Shown piece after piece: positions 47,868 to 58,736 of a stretch of DNA of 64,000 nucleotides. The stretch comes from Deltaproteobacteria bacterium (GTDB taxonomy: Bacteria > Desulfobacterota_D > UBA1144 > Nemesobacterales > CSP1-2). The position numbers and the translations under genes are program-made. The stretch is from assembly GCA_052390235.1 (NCBI GenBank), contig JBQTHB010000002.1:300543-364542 (forward strand). The letters run 5' to 3'. Position 1 is the stretch's first letter; the number at the start of each line of letters is the position of its first letter. Below the pieces are notes generated by a model. The model was not told where the DNA came from and did not search any database. It worked only from the letters and a program-made list of their open reading frames with translations.

Positions 47868-49451
47868 ATGATTAGGAGGCACTCTCTCATTCTCATAATA
47901 CTGCTTTTTTTCCCGACCACGGTTTATGCCGCCGTGCGGTATGTGGTTAAAAAGGGGGACACGCTGTACGGTTTGTCGAAAAAATTCGGGGTCTCGCTTG
48001 ATGAAATTAAAGAAGCAAACAGAATTCAGGGTGAAAATTTAAAAATCGGGAGCGTCATATTTGTTCCCGAAACAGTTGCGGCTAATAGCCTATCCGCTCC
48101 GAAAAAGAGCGAGGCGGATAAACTCCAGTACGTCGTTATTAAAGGCGACACTTTATACGGGATTGCAAGCGGATTTCGCGTATCCGCCGGGGATATAAGA
48201 GAATTAAACAACATTAAAGGCGATGGGCTTCGCATTGGGCAGAAGCTCCTCATACCTATCGCCAAAACCGATGCGAGCGGCATTGTCTCGCGCATTATTC
48301 ACGAGAGTAAAACCCAGGGCGCAGGCATAGCCCCGCCCCCGTCCGCCCCTCCCTATGACTCCGGGGCGGATAATGACGGAATCAGCCGCGACATTCCAAA
48401 TCCCATTGGGCGTCTGGGCTCCGATAACTCCTTTAGCAGCGTCGCCGCGGCGGATAAACCCATTCCCCCCGCTCCGCCGGATGCCGATAGCCCCAAACCC
48501 GACTCAAAGCCCATTCATATCACCCGCAGATACATCGCCAAAACCGGAGACAGCCTCGATAAAATAGCTAAAGAATTTGAAGTGTCGCCGGAGGTTATCA
48601 CCGAGGCAAACGGGCTCGATGGCAATAAGCTCGACGCAGGAAGCGTTCTGCTGATTCCAAATGCGGATGCGTTAGCCCCAGTTCCCGTCAGCGTGCCTGC
48701 GCCCTCGGGCGACGGTTTTTACAATCAAACCGAGTACAAGAAAAAAACCATCGTCGTAAAACGAAAGCCCATAACCGGCGCTAATGCCGCCTCGTACGTT
48801 GTCCGAAAAGGGGATACGGCGTTTTCAATAGCTAAGAAATTCAATATTCCCCTTGCTGAGCTCAGAGAGATGAACAATATCCCTGAAGATGGCATAATGG
48901 CGGGACAGACGCTTATAGTTCCTGCAAGCGCCTCTGTCAAATCCCCCCCGCCCGGGAACGGCCCCCAGACAATCGCTGAAAAACGGGCCGCAAAAAAGAA
49001 GCAACCCCAACTGGACGGGCTTTTAACCAGAGATAACATCATCAGCATAGCCAAGCGATACCTCGGAGTTCCCTACAGATTTGGCGGCACGTCGCTCATT
49101 ACCGGACTCGACTGCTCGGCTTTTATTAGCAGGGTATTCGGATTCTTCGATATAAAACTGCCGAGAACCGCCAGAGAGCAGTTTGCCTTCGCCGAGGATG
49201 TAAAGCGGGATGATATGGTCGTAGGAGACCTCGTATTTTTTAAGACTTATGCTAGGTATCCCTCTCACGTCGGGATTTATATGGGCGAGAACGAGTTTAT
49301 TCACGCCTCGTCGGGGGCTAAGATGGTAACGATTACTAACCTCGATGACCCGTACTACAGAAAGCGGTATTTGGGGGCAAAGAGGGTAGAGGTCGGAGGG
49401 CTGTTCTACGGCGATATGGCGCGGGATTACAAGGGGTTCGACTCGAAGTAG
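47868..49451 (+). CDS. Peptidoglycan endopeptidase with 4 LysM repeats and a C-terminal NlpC/P60 domain
   Basis: 527 aa; signal peptide; LysM YVVKKGDTLYGL repeated four times; NlpC/P60 DCSAF...H motif. Confidence 0.85.
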   Translation: MIRRHSLILIILLFFPTTVYAAVRYVVKKGDTLYGLSKKFGVSLDEIKEANRIQGENLKIGSVIFVPETVAANSLSAPKKSEADKLQYVVIKGDTLYGIASGFRVSAGDIRELNNIKGDGLRIGQKLLIPIAKTDASGIVSRIIHESKTQGAGIAPPPSAPPYDSGADNDGISRDIPNPIGRLGSDNSFSSVAAADKPIPPAPPDADSPKPDSKPIHITRRYIAKTGDSLDKIAKEFEVSPEVITEANGLDGNKLDAGSVLLIPNADALAPVPVSVPAPSGDGFYNQTEYKKKTIVVKRKPITGANAASYVVRKGDTAFSIAKKFNIPLAELREMNNIPEDGIMAGQTLIVPASASVKSPPPGNGPQTIAEKRAAKKKQPQLDGLLTRDNIISIAKRYLGVPYRFGGTSLITGLDCSAFISRVFGFFDIKLPRTAREQFAFAEDVKRDDMVVGDLVFFKTYARYPSHVGIYMGENEFIHASSGAKMVTITNLDDPYYRKRYLGAKRVEVGGLFYGDMARDYKGFDSK

Positions 49452-49521
49452 AATAGCTGATAATCCCCCCCGCTTATCTGTCATTGAAATATACGGCGGG
49501 CGTGTATATATTAATTGTCAC

Positions 49522-50424
49522 GTGAACTCAGCGCCAGATAACATCGCTAAATTTAGGTATTATCTCTGCTCCGAAAGGGGATATTCCAAGCACACTCTAA
49601 GGGCTTACATCTCGGATATTCGTCAATTTGCCTCATTCCTCGGGGAGAGAAAGAGCGCCGAGGCATCCCTCGTGTCCGTGGAAGAAATTGACGTAAGGGC
49701 GTACCTAGCCCGCATTCACAGGAAAAATAGCAAAACCTCGATTTCCCGCAAGCTCACATCCATAAGAGCGCTTTTTGAGTTTCTCCTGCGAGAGGGCATC
49801 GTCGCCAAAAATCCAGCGAAATTGCTCCCTACGCCCAAGGCTGAGAAAAAGCTCCCGTCTTTCCTCACAGTGGACGAGGCTTTTCGGCTTCTCGACTCCC
49901 CCGGCTGGGACGCAAAACCCCTCGCGCTGAGAGATGCGGCAATTCTCGAGCTTCTGTACTCCAGCGGACTTCGCGTGAGCGAGCTTACGGGGATAAAAAT
50001 CACCGAGCTTGACCTCTCCGAGGCTGTGGTGAAGGTGCTGGGCAAGGGGGCGAGGGAGAGAGTAGTACCCGTAGGCTCGAAGGCGGCGGCGGCGCTTGGG
50101 CGATATATTGAGCGCAGAGAATTGCTTGGGCCCAGGTCGGACTCGCTCTTTCTCAATTCCAGAGGGGGGGCGCTTACGCCCAGAAGCGTCGCCGTAATCG
50201 TGAAGAAATGCTCCCTTCTATCAGGCATAGCCAAGAACGTAAGCCCTCACGTGCTGAGGCACACATTCGCAACGCACCTGCTCGGAGGAGGCGCCGACCT
50301 TCGCGCCATTCAAGAGATGCTAGGACACAAGAGCCTTTCAACCACTCAGCGCTACACTCACACCTCCATAGAGAAAATCATGGAGATTTACGATAAAACC
50401 CATCCGAGAGCAAACAACAAATGA
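49522..50424 (+). CDS. xerC: Tyrosine recombinase XerC
   Basis: 300 aa; [12 protein letters not shown]...[14 protein letters not shown]; located upstream of hslVU. Confidence 0.85.
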   Translation: MNSAPDNIAKFRYYLCSERGYSKHTLRAYISDIRQFASFLGERKSAEASLVSVEEIDVRAYLARIHRKNSKTSISRKLTSIRALFEFLLREGIVAKNPAKLLPTPKAEKKLPSFLTVDEAFRLLDSPGWDAKPLALRDAAILELLYSSGLRVSELTGIKITELDLSEAVVKVLGKGARERVVPVGSKAAAALGRYIERRELLGPRSDSLFLNSRGGALTPRSVAVIVKKCSLLSGIAKNVSPHVLRHTFATHLLGGGADLRAIQEMLGHKSLSTTQRYTHTSIEKIMEIYDKTHPRANNK

Positions 50425-50954
50425 CAACATTTCACGGAACTACAATTCTCTGCGTTAAGAGAAACGGCGAAGTCGCCATTGCCGCCGACGGACAGGTAAC
50501 CCTGGGCCATGCCGCCGTAAAGCACACGGCTAAAAAAGTGCGCAGAATTTACGGAGGCAAAGTGCTCGTGGGGTTCGCCGGGGCTACCGCTGACGCCATA
50601 ACGCTTTTCGATAAATTCGAGGGGAAGTTAGAGGAGTTCAGAGGGAATCTCAGAAGGGCGGCTGTCGAGCTTGCCAAGGACTGGCGCACCGATAGGATTT
50701 TGCGCCGCCTCGAAGCCCTGCTCGCCATTGCCGATAAAGAGAGTATGTTTCTCATATCCGGCAGCGGAGACGTTCTCGAACCCGACGACGAGGTCATAGG
50801 CATCGGCTCAGGTGGGTCATTTGCTCAAGCCGCCGCCAAAGCCCTCCTCAGGCACTCCGAGCTTGACGCACGCCAAATCGCCGAGGAATCTGTCAAAATC
50901 GCGGCTGAAATCTGCATTTACACAAACGATAAAATCAACGTAGAGGTTCTATAA
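50421..50954 (+). CDS. hslV: ATP-dependent protease subunit HslV
   Basis: 177 aa; N-terminal Thr after Met ([10 protein letters not shown]). Confidence 0.95.
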   Translation: MTTFHGTTILCVKRNGEVAIAADGQVTLGHAAVKHTAKKVRRIYGGKVLVGFAGATADAITLFDKFEGKLEEFRGNLRRAAVELAKDWRTDRILRRLEALLAIADKESMFLISGSGDVLEPDDEVIGIGSGGSFAQAAAKALLRHSELDARQIAEESVKIAAEICIYTNDKINVEVL

Positions 50955-50957
50955 CTC

Positions 50958-52316
50958 ATGAATAGGGAAGCGTTCTTTACTCCGAGAGAGATAGTCTCAG
51001 AACTCGATAAATACATCATTGGGCAAAATAAAGCCAAGAGAGCCGTCTCCATCGCCCTTAGAAACCGCTGGCGCCGCCAGAGGGTGTCCCCGGAGCTAAG
51101 AGACGAAATCGCGCCGAAAAATATCCTCATGATAGGCCCCACGGGGGTCGGAAAAACCGAGATTGCAAGGAGGCTTGCGAAGCTCTCACAAGCCCCGTTC
51201 ATCAAGGTTGAAGCCTCGAAATTCACCGAAGTCGGCTACGTAGGGCGGGACGTGGAGTCCATGGTCAGAGACCTAACGGACATCGCAGTGAAGCTCATCA
51301 CGGACGAAGAGAAGTTCACCGTGCGCGCCAAAGCCGAAGACCTCGCCGAGGAGAGAATCCTAGACCTCCTCTATCCGAAAAGCGGCAAGCCGGAAGAGGC
51401 GGCGGCGTCTTCTTCGGTTTCTGTATCCTCTGTTGCTTCCGGCGAGACGAGAGAGAAATTGAGAAAACTCCTCAGGGAGGGCAAGCTCGACGACCGCTAC
51501 GTTGACGTCGAGACAACGTCCAAAAACTCGCCGATACAGCTATTTAGCCCATCCGGCGTCGAAGAGATGGACGTGAACATCTCTGATATGCTCGGAAACC
51601 TCTTCCCGAAGAAAACCAAGAAGAGAAAGGTGAAAGTCCCGGAGGCGATAGAAATCCTCGCCCAGCAGGAAGCCGACAAGCTCATTGACATGGACAAGGT
51701 CATAAAGCTCGCCATCGAGAGGGTCGAGCAGGCGGGGATTATTTTTATTGACGAGATTGATAAAATCGCAGGACGAGAGAGCGCCGCAGGGCCCGACGTA
51801 TCGCGCGAGGGCGTGCAGAGGGATTTACTGCCCATCATCGAGGGATGCACGGTCAACACCAAGCACGGAATGGTCAAAACAGACCACGTGCTTTTTGTCG
51901 CCGCAGGGGCGTTTCACGTCTCAAAACCCTCCGACCTCATCCCGGAGCTTCAGGGCAGATTTCCCATCAGAGTGGAACTCGACCCGCTCACGAAAGAGGA
52001 TTTCATCGGGATTCTCACCGAGCCTAAAAACGCCCTCATAAAGCAATATATAGAACTCCTCGGCACGGAAAATATCGAACTCGTCTTCAAGTCCGACGCC
52101 ATCTCCGAGATTGCCGACATTGCCGCCCAAGTGAACGAGTCAAACGAGAACATAGGCGCCAGGAGGCTCCATACAATCATCGAGAAAATCATCGAGGAGA
52201 TTTCGTTCAACGCCCCTGATATGCCGAAAGAAAAGGTCGTGATAGACGCCAAGTACGTCAGGGACAAGGTTGCGGATATTGTCAAGGACAGAGACCTGAG
52301 CCGCTATATTCTCTAA
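50958..52316 (+). CDS. hslU: ATP-dependent protease ATPase subunit HslU
   Basis: 452 aa; Walker [17 protein letters not shown]. Confidence 0.95.
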   Translation: MNREAFFTPREIVSELDKYIIGQNKAKRAVSIALRNRWRRQRVSPELRDEIAPKNILMIGPTGVGKTEIARRLAKLSQAPFIKVEASKFTEVGYVGRDVESMVRDLTDIAVKLITDEEKFTVRAKAEDLAEERILDLLYPKSGKPEEAAASSSVSVSSVASGETREKLRKLLREGKLDDRYVDVETTSKNSPIQLFSPSGVEEMDVNISDMLGNLFPKKTKKRKVKVPEAIEILAQQEADKLIDMDKVIKLAIERVEQAGIIFIDEIDKIAGRESAAGPDVSREGVQRDLLPIIEGCTVNTKHGMVKTDHVLFVAAGAFHVSKPSDLIPELQGRFPIRVELDPLTKEDFIGILTEPKNALIKQYIELLGTENIELVFKSDAISEIADIAAQVNESNENIGARRLHTIIEKIIEEISFNAPDMPKEKVVIDAKYVRDKVADIVKDRDLSRYIL

Positions 52317-52340
52317 ATCGGCTTGGGGGCGCATAAGGCG

Positions 52341-53066
52341 CTAAATTTTTGACTGCCAGATGGCTCTGCCGATGAAAAAGGGCCCCAGTTTCTCCAAGTA
52401 CATAGAAGTTTGCTTGGTTTTGCGCATCGTCTGGATTAGAGCCGAGAGCGGGTAAAGCTCCCTGCCCAGCACTCCGATGACGAAGTCGTTGTCGCTTCTG
52501 TCCAGCCCGTGGCAGGCGAGGCGTATGTCTCTGGCAAATCCCGCTTTACCGAATTTAAACCCGATTTTGCCGTGTTCCCCTAAAACTGCCCTCTGCTCGC
52601 CCTCAGTCAAATTTTCAAAATTTTTGGCTCTCTGAAGCGGATACCAAATCGCCCAGGGAGTCGCCCCATCCAGCGCCTTGCGGCGAGGCTCGGCTATGAG
52701 AGTTGCGTGGAGGTCGGGTTCATAGCCGAGGGAATATGTCCTGCCGAACATCGCGTATTCGCCCTTCTGAGTGAGCTGCGAGAACGGCGGCTCGTTTAAT
52801 ATCTCCCTCAGCCGCGAGACGAAGAAATCCGCATCTTCGCTCATGGCAATTAGCCCGATTCCCCTGGCGTCGTTGGCATCGGCGTAGAGGGCGGCGTCAA
52901 TCCCGGAGTCTTCTAGAGCGCGGGCGAGGGGTTTTGCGTCTCGGCATCCCCCGAACGCCGTAAACTGCATAAACAGCCTGCGGTCGAGGGCGAGCGGGCT
53001 TCCGTCTTTAGCTCTGCCGCGCTCCGAGAGGTCGAGTTGTTTGTCGTCGTCAAGATAATCTGCCAT
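52341..53066 (-). CDS. Chlorite dismutase family protein (Cld/HemQ-like)
   Basis: 241 aa; GEHGKIGFKFG...RLACHGLDRSDNDFVIGVLG...TMRKTKQTSMY pattern typical of the family. Confidence 0.5.
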   Translation of the reverse strand: MADYLDDDKQLDLSERGRAKDGSPLALDRRLFMQFTAFGGCRDAKPLARALEDSGIDAALYADANDARGIGLIAMSEDADFFVSRLREILNEPPFSQLTQKGEYAMFGRTYSLGYEPDLHATLIAEPRRKALDGATPWAIWYPLQRAKNFENLTEGEQRAVLGEHGKIGFKFGKAGFARDIRLACHGLDRSDNDFVIGVLGRELYPLSALIQTMRKTKQTSMYLEKLGPFFIGRAIWQSKI

Positions 53067-53453
53067 CTGCGTGGATTCTCCTTTGTGCGGATAAATATAA
53101 CCGTCCTAGAGGATTTTTCGACTTCGAGATTTCAGTATATTCCCCGCAATCAATAGGGATAAAAATAGAGCCGCAAAGCCGCGCTAGGAAACACGATAAA
53201 CGACAATATGACAGAATGAGATTTCTCGCCGCAGGCTCAGGGGATGACACCCTCCGCCGTCATTTTGGCTCCCCGCCCGATGAGATGGGAAAATCGCTCC
53301 AGATGGCGTTTGAGCCTTCGCCGCTAGCCCCCAATGCCCGGAAAAATGCCGCTGTTTTTTGGGAATTCCTCGCCCCCTTTTTGGTTATTGAAAGAAAGTC
53401 AATTTGCTATATAATAAAACCCTTATCTTTTTTTGAGGGTGAATCGAGAGAGA

Positions 53454-54335
53454 ATGAAAGAGCTAATAAAAAAAGCCGAAATTCTGGTGGAGGCGCTTCC
53501 CTATATCAGGGAATTTTACGGCAAAACAATAGTCGTTAAATACGGCGGCAGCATCGGCGGCGCGGAGCTTCAAAATTTTGCCCGCGACATAGTGCTTATG
53601 AGCTACGTGGGGATGAATCCCGTGGTAGTTCACGGGGGCGGCCCGCAAATTGGAAACCTGCTCGGCAAACTGGGTATGAAATCCCAGTTCGTCGCAGGGC
53701 TGAGGGTTACCGACCAGCCCACGATGGAGGTGGTCGAGATGGTTCTCGTAGGCAAGGTCAACCAAGAGATAATCTCGGTTATAAACTCGCTTGGCGGAAA
53801 TGCCGTCGGAGCGTCGGGAAAAGAGGGAAAAATCTTAACCGCAAAGAAGCTGGATCTGTCTCGCTTTGCTCTGGAACACGGGATTGAAATCCCCGAAGAC
53901 GTAGATTTAGGCATGGTCGGCGATATTGAGCGCGTGAATCCCCACCTCATAAAGGTATTAGACGACGCCGGTTTTATTCCCGTGATAGCGCCGATTGGGT
54001 TCGACGAACATGGAAACACCTATAACATCAACGCAGACCACGTTGCCGGAAGCATTGCGGCGGCGCTCAAAGCTGAAAAATTCATCCTCATGACGGACGT
54101 TCCCGGCATTCTCGATGAAAATAAGGCGCTGATTTCATCCATCAACGAGGTTTCGGCGAGGGATTTGATTAAAAAAGGTGTCATCTCGCGCGGGATGATA
54201 CCAAAGGTCATGTGCGCGATAGAAGCCCTCCAGAGGGGGGTACACAAGACTCATATAATTGATGGCAGAGTCGAACACGCGCTCATCCTCGAAATATTCA
54301 CTGACGCCGGAGTCGGCACGGAGATAGTGCTTTGA
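53454..54335 (+). CDS. argB: Acetylglutamate kinase ArgB
   Basis: Start at MKELIKKAEILVEALPYIREFYGKTIVVKYGG; VVHGGGPQI. Confidence 0.9.
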   Translation: MKELIKKAEILVEALPYIREFYGKTIVVKYGGSIGGAELQNFARDIVLMSYVGMNPVVVHGGGPQIGNLLGKLGMKSQFVAGLRVTDQPTMEVVEMVLVGKVNQEIISVINSLGGNAVGASGKEGKILTAKKLDLSRFALEHGIEIPEDVDLGMVGDIERVNPHLIKVLDDAGFIPVIAPIGFDEHGNTYNINADHVAGSIAAALKAEKFILMTDVPGILDENKALISSINEVSARDLIKKGVISRGMIPKVMCAIEALQRGVHKTHIIDGRVEHALILEIFTDAGVGTEIVL

Positions 54336-55531
54336 CCACCGAGGCGATAATTCAGAAATTCGAGCGCTACGTGGTGCATAATTACGGGAGATTCCCATTG
54401 GCGATAGCGCGAGGGGAAGGCTCTTGGGTGTGGGATGTCGAAGGGAAGAGGTATCTGGATTTCATCTGCGGCATCGCGGTGAACAACCTCGGACACCGCC
54501 ACCCGGCCGTCGCCCGCGCCATCGAAGAGCAATTGGGCAGGCTCGTTCACGTCTCGAACCTCTTTCATATAGAGCCTCAGGCAAATCTTGCCGAACTCCT
54601 CGTTGAGAATTCCATTCGGGGCGCGAAGGCGTTTTTCTGCAACAGCGGCACGGAGGCAAACGAGGCGGCTATTAAGATGGCGAGGAAATGGGGCGCGGCT
54701 AACGGGGGGAAATATAAAATTCTCTCCGCCTTAGGCTCATTTCACGGGCGCACACTGGGGTCTCTGAGCGCGACGGGGCAGAGGAAATATCAAAGAGGAT
54801 TTGCGCCGCTTGTGCCGGGGTTTAAATTTGTCCCCTATGGAGACGCCGAGAGGGTCGAGCGCGCCCTTAGGGATGAGAAATTCTGCGCCGTCATCGCCGA
54901 GCCGATACAGGGCGAGGGCGGGGTGAATATCCCCTCGGACGACTACCTGCCGAAACTGCGCGAAATCTGCACGCGCCGCGGGGCGCTTCTCATACTCGAT
55001 GAGATTCAGGTCGGGCTTGGGCGGACAGGGCGTATGTTCGCCTACCAGCGCTCCGGCATCGAGCCTGACATTATTACGCTTGCCAAGGCCCTTGGCGGAG
55101 GGATTCCCTGCGGAGCGGTAATTGCCACGGATGATGCCGCGATGTACCTCACTCCCGGCTCCCACGGGACGACTTTGGGGGGAAACCCGCTTGCGATGAG
55201 CGCCGGGTGCGCCGTCGTCCGTACGATTTTAGATGAGGGGCTACTCGATAACGCCGCTCGGATGGGGGAGTATTTCCTCGGAAAACTCCGCGCCCTGAAA
55301 CTCGCCCATGGAGATACGGTGAGGGATGCCAGGGGCAGGGGGCTTATTCTCGGCGTCGAACTGTTCGATGGAGATATTGCCAAGCGCGCCGTGAGAAAAT
55401 CCCTCAACAACGGACTCCTCGCAATTCTCACCGAGGAGAGGGTGATTAGACTTCTGCCTCCGCTCAATGTACGCGCGGATGAAATTGACTTCGCCGTTGA
55501 AACTCTGGATAAATCCATTCGGGAGGCTTAA
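54332..55531 (+). CDS. argD: Acetylornithine aminotransferase ArgD
   Basis: 399 aa; PLP-dependent class III motifs; apparent TTG start overlapping the argB stop. Confidence 0.9.
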   Translation: MTTEAIIQKFERYVVHNYGRFPLAIARGEGSWVWDVEGKRYLDFICGIAVNNLGHRHPAVARAIEEQLGRLVHVSNLFHIEPQANLAELLVENSIRGAKAFFCNSGTEANEAAIKMARKWGAANGGKYKILSALGSFHGRTLGSLSATGQRKYQRGFAPLVPGFKFVPYGDAERVERALRDEKFCAVIAEPIQGEGGVNIPSDDYLPKLREICTRRGALLILDEIQVGLGRTGRMFAYQRSGIEPDIITLAKALGGGIPCGAVIATDDAAMYLTPGSHGTTLGGNPLAMSAGCAVVRTILDEGLLDNAARMGEYFLGKLRALKLAHGDTVRDARGRGLILGVELFDGDIAKRAVRKSLNNGLLAILTEERVIRLLPPLNVRADEIDFAVETLDKSIREA

Positions 55532-55533
55532 AA

Positions 55534-56451
55534 ATGGGCAGAAATCTCCTAAGCATATTTGACCTCGAAAGAGCCGAAATCGAATTCCTGATACGCAGGA
55601 CTTTCGAGCTTAAGTCGTCTAAACGAAAGAGATTTTATGAAACCATCCTGAGCCGCAAAACCGTAGGACTCATCTTCGAGAAGCACTCAACCCGCACCCG
55701 CATCTCCTTCGAGGTGGGAGCGCTTGACCTTGGCGGAAGCCCAATTTACATAAGCTCCCGCGATACTCAGCTTGGCAGGGGCGAGACAATTGCCGACACC
55801 GCGCGCGTGCTATCTGGCTACTTAGATGGGGTCGTCATTAGAACCTACGGGCAGGAGCGAATAGAGGAGTTTGCCCGATATTCCACAATTCCCGTAATCA
55901 ATGCCCTGACAGACCTCGAGCATCCGTGCCAAATCCTGACTGACGTTTTTACCGTCGTCGAATGCGGCAAGGAGCTGTCGAAAATGAAATTCGCCTACAT
56001 TGGCGACGGCAATAACATCACCAATTCCCTCATCGGAGCGGCGGGGATAATGGGATTTCACCTCGCAGTTGCCACTCCCAAGGGCTATGAACCCGATGCT
56101 GAAATCCTGCGAAGGGCGGGGCAATATCCATCAGGAGCGAAAATCGAACTCACAGACGACCCCAGCGAAGCCGCCCTCGGAGCGGACGTTCTCTACACGG
56201 ACGTTTGGGTGAGCATGGGCCAGGACGACACGAGAGAAGAGCGACTTAGGGTTTTCAGACCCTATCAGATAAACGGCTCGCTCCTACACCTGGCAAAGCG
56301 GGATGCCATTGTGATGCACTGCCTGCCGGCGCACCGCGGGGAGGAGATTACGGACGACGTGGTGGACGGGGCAAATTCAGTTGTTTTCCAGCAAGCTGAG
56401 AACCGCCTGCACATGGGCAAAGCCGTGCTTGAGATGTGCATCGGGGGCTGA
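55534..56451 (+). CDS. argF: Ornithine carbamoyltransferase ArgF
   Basis: 305 aa; STRTR and HCLPA motifs. Confidence 0.9.
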   Translation: MGRNLLSIFDLERAEIEFLIRRTFELKSSKRKRFYETILSRKTVGLIFEKHSTRTRISFEVGALDLGGSPIYISSRDTQLGRGETIADTARVLSGYLDGVVIRTYGQERIEEFARYSTIPVINALTDLEHPCQILTDVFTVVECGKELSKMKFAYIGDGNNITNSLIGAAGIMGFHLAVATPKGYEPDAEILRRAGQYPSGAKIELTDDPSEAALGADVLYTDVWVSMGQDDTREERLRVFRPYQINGSLLHLAKRDAIVMHCLPAHRGEEITDDVVDGANSVVFQQAENRLHMGKAVLEMCIGG

Positions 56452-56582
56452 CTCCGCCATTAGAGACGGTTGAGGAGGGTGTCTGTCCACTCCCGGATAT
56501 GCCCTGAGATAGGGTCGGTTTATTCGCCTAGAGCGATGTGTTATAGTTGATAATTAAGCGCGCTCAAAAGGAGGGTTTACTC

Positions 56583-56804
56583 ATGTCGGGACAAGGATCC
56601 GGCGGGAATGTTCTTGCCGCGCTCTGCAGTTTATTCATCCCAGGTCTCGGTCAACTGTTGCAGGGGCGCTTGCTTATTGCAGTGGTTCAGTTCGTGCTTG
56701 CGGCGATTCTGTGGTTTTTCCTGCTCGGGTGGCTAATTCACCTATGGTCAATTCTCGATGCCGCCCGATTTAAGCCGAGCGCCGCTCCCGACCAATCTGA
56801 ATAG
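56583..56804 (+). CDS. Small two-TM membrane protein
   Basis: Start MSGQGSGG after an AGGAGG RBS; FIPGLGQLLQGR...ILWFFLLGWLIHLWSI. Confidence 0.5.
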   Translation: MSGQGSGGNVLAALCSLFIPGLGQLLQGRLLIAVVQFVLAAILWFFLLGWLIHLWSILDAARFKPSAAPDQSE

Positions 56805-56856
56805 TGGTATTTATTCCTGCCGCGGCAAAAAAATTAGACGGAGGGCGCGAGAGAAT

Positions 56857-58407
56857 ATGCGACGAATCAGCGGTTCATTGCCGATTTCCCGATTATTATT
56901 ATTGGCGATTTTCCTATCCCTAGCCCTCGGTATTCCCGCGCAGGCGCAAAGCCCTGCCGGAGACGCCGAGCAAAGAGCGGCGCGCCGCTTTGAGACCCTG
57001 CGCAAACGCCCTCCCCAGATGCTCGCCTTCCTAAGGGCCATGCCCAAGGGAGCGGACCTGCATAGCCACCTATCAGGCGCGGTTTATGCCGAATCCTATA
57101 TTCAGTGGGCGGCCGATATGGGGCTGTGCGTAAATCAGGCGACGAGCGCCGTTGTGGATCCTCCCTGCGACGCCGCTTCCGGGCAGATTCCAGCGGCATC
57201 TGCCCTTACGGACAACGCCCTCTACGCCAAATTAGTTGACGCATGGTCAATGCGCAACTGGCGATATTCTGGGAAAACCGGACACGAGCAGTTCTTCGAC
57301 TCGTTTGGGAAATTCGGCGGGGCTACTTCAGGCAACACGGGGCGGATGCTCGCCGAGGCGCTGTCCCGCGCCGCTAGGGGAGGGGTGCTTTATCTCGAAT
57401 TGATGCTTACCCCAGACGGCTCGCTCTCCTCGAAGCTGGGGCGGACTGCGGGCTGGGACGGGGACTTCCAAGGCGCTCTCGAAAAATTGAGCGTATTGGG
57501 CATTGGCAAGTCGCTCGAAATTGGAATTAAGACGATTCGAGACGCTGAGGCTGAGAAGAACCGGATTCTTGGGTGCGGCACGTCCGCCGCCGCCGAGGGG
57601 TGCAATGTCGAGGTTCGCTACATTGCCCAGGTGTCCCGCGGCAGTGATTTGGGGGCGGTATTCGCGCAGATGGTTTCGGGATTTGCCATTGCCAACGAGC
57701 CCGGGTCTAAGGTCGTCGCGCTCAATTTGGTTCAGCCTGAGGACTGGTTTTCATCAATGAAGAATTTCCCCGCGCAGATGGAGATGCTCCGATATCTCCG
57801 CCCCCTGTATCCGAGGGCGAAAATCACCCTTCATGCCGGAGAACTCACCCCCGGAATAGCGCCGCCCGAAGCGCTCTCTTTTCACATTCGCGACTCAATC
57901 ATGATAGGCGGGGCAAGCCGGATTGGACACGGAGTCGCCGTTATGAGCGAAGACGACCCCTACGGCCTGCTTCGGGAGATGGCAAAGCGGGGCGTAATGG
58001 TTGAAATCTGCCTTACGAGCAACGACGTGATTTTGGGAATCTCTAAAGAACGCCACCCGCTCCTGACTTATATCGAGTACGGCGTGCCTGTGGCTTTGGC
58101 GACGGACGACGAGGGGGTATCGCGCTCGGACATAACCCAGGAGTTTCTAAAAGCCGCCGAAGACCACGCTCTAGGCTATATTCAGCTCAAAGCTATGGCG
58201 AGGACGAGCCTTCAGCACGCCTTCATCGAGGGGGAGAGCCTATGGGCTGACGCAGTGAAATTCACCCCTGCCCCTCAGTGCCGAAGGGATTTCGCTGCCC
58301 GTAAGTTGCAGTCCCAAGCCTGCGAGGTATTCATAGGCGGAAGCGCGAAGGCGGCGCTCCAGTGGCGGCTCGAAGAGCGTTTTCGCGTTTTTGAGAGCGG
58401 ATTTTGA
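56857..58407 (+). CDS. Secreted adenosine deaminase family protein (ADA/ADGF-like amidohydrolase)
   Basis: Start MRRISGSLPISRLLLLAIFLSLALGIPAQA (signal peptide) with a GGAGGG RBS; HSHLSG, ITLHAGE, IGHG, CLTSN, ATDDEGV metal-ligand motifs. Confidence 0.75.
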   Translation: MRRISGSLPISRLLLLAIFLSLALGIPAQAQSPAGDAEQRAARRFETLRKRPPQMLAFLRAMPKGADLHSHLSGAVYAESYIQWAADMGLCVNQATSAVVDPPCDAASGQIPAASALTDNALYAKLVDAWSMRNWRYSGKTGHEQFFDSFGKFGGATSGNTGRMLAEALSRAARGGVLYLELMLTPDGSLSSKLGRTAGWDGDFQGALEKLSVLGIGKSLEIGIKTIRDAEAEKNRILGCGTSAAAEGCNVEVRYIAQVSRGSDLGAVFAQMVSGFAIANEPGSKVVALNLVQPEDWFSSMKNFPAQMEMLRYLRPLYPRAKITLHAGELTPGIAPPEALSFHIRDSIMIGGASRIGHGVAVMSEDDPYGLLREMAKRGVMVEICLTSNDVILGISKERHPLLTYIEYGVPVALATDDEGVSRSDITQEFLKAAEDHALGYIQLKAMARTSLQHAFIEGESLWADAVKFTPAPQCRRDFAARKLQSQACEVFIGGSAKAALQWRLEERFRVFESGF

Positions 58408-58736
58408 GACTGCGTCTTATGTGCTATCTAGCGTAGAACCGAGCCCGGGGCGATGCTCCTGGTGGCTACGGGGCTACTCGGTCTTCTCGGCGCGGGTTTC
58501 CGGCGCAGAAGCGCGTAAAAAAATGCTATGAGAGGAGCGGGCAGGGCATCTAGCCGCTTCCCTTTTGCAATGGCACTTCATGATGCAAAGCGGAGTCGAG
58601 GTATGTCGTTCTCGCAAAAATGGGAATTCATGGCTCATCTCCGCTTACTATGAAGAAAAATGGACTCCTGCTCATGGGGACTACGGGATTTTGTCTGCCC
58701 CACTTCTCTCTGTCATTTTGAGCGGATAGATTCTAG

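Noticed and set aside
52318-52345. Short hairpin plus T-run (ggcgcataaggcgctaaattttt) between the convergent hslU and Cld-like genes, as a bidirectional terminator
   Set aside because: The stem is only 4-5 bp, which is too weak to call.
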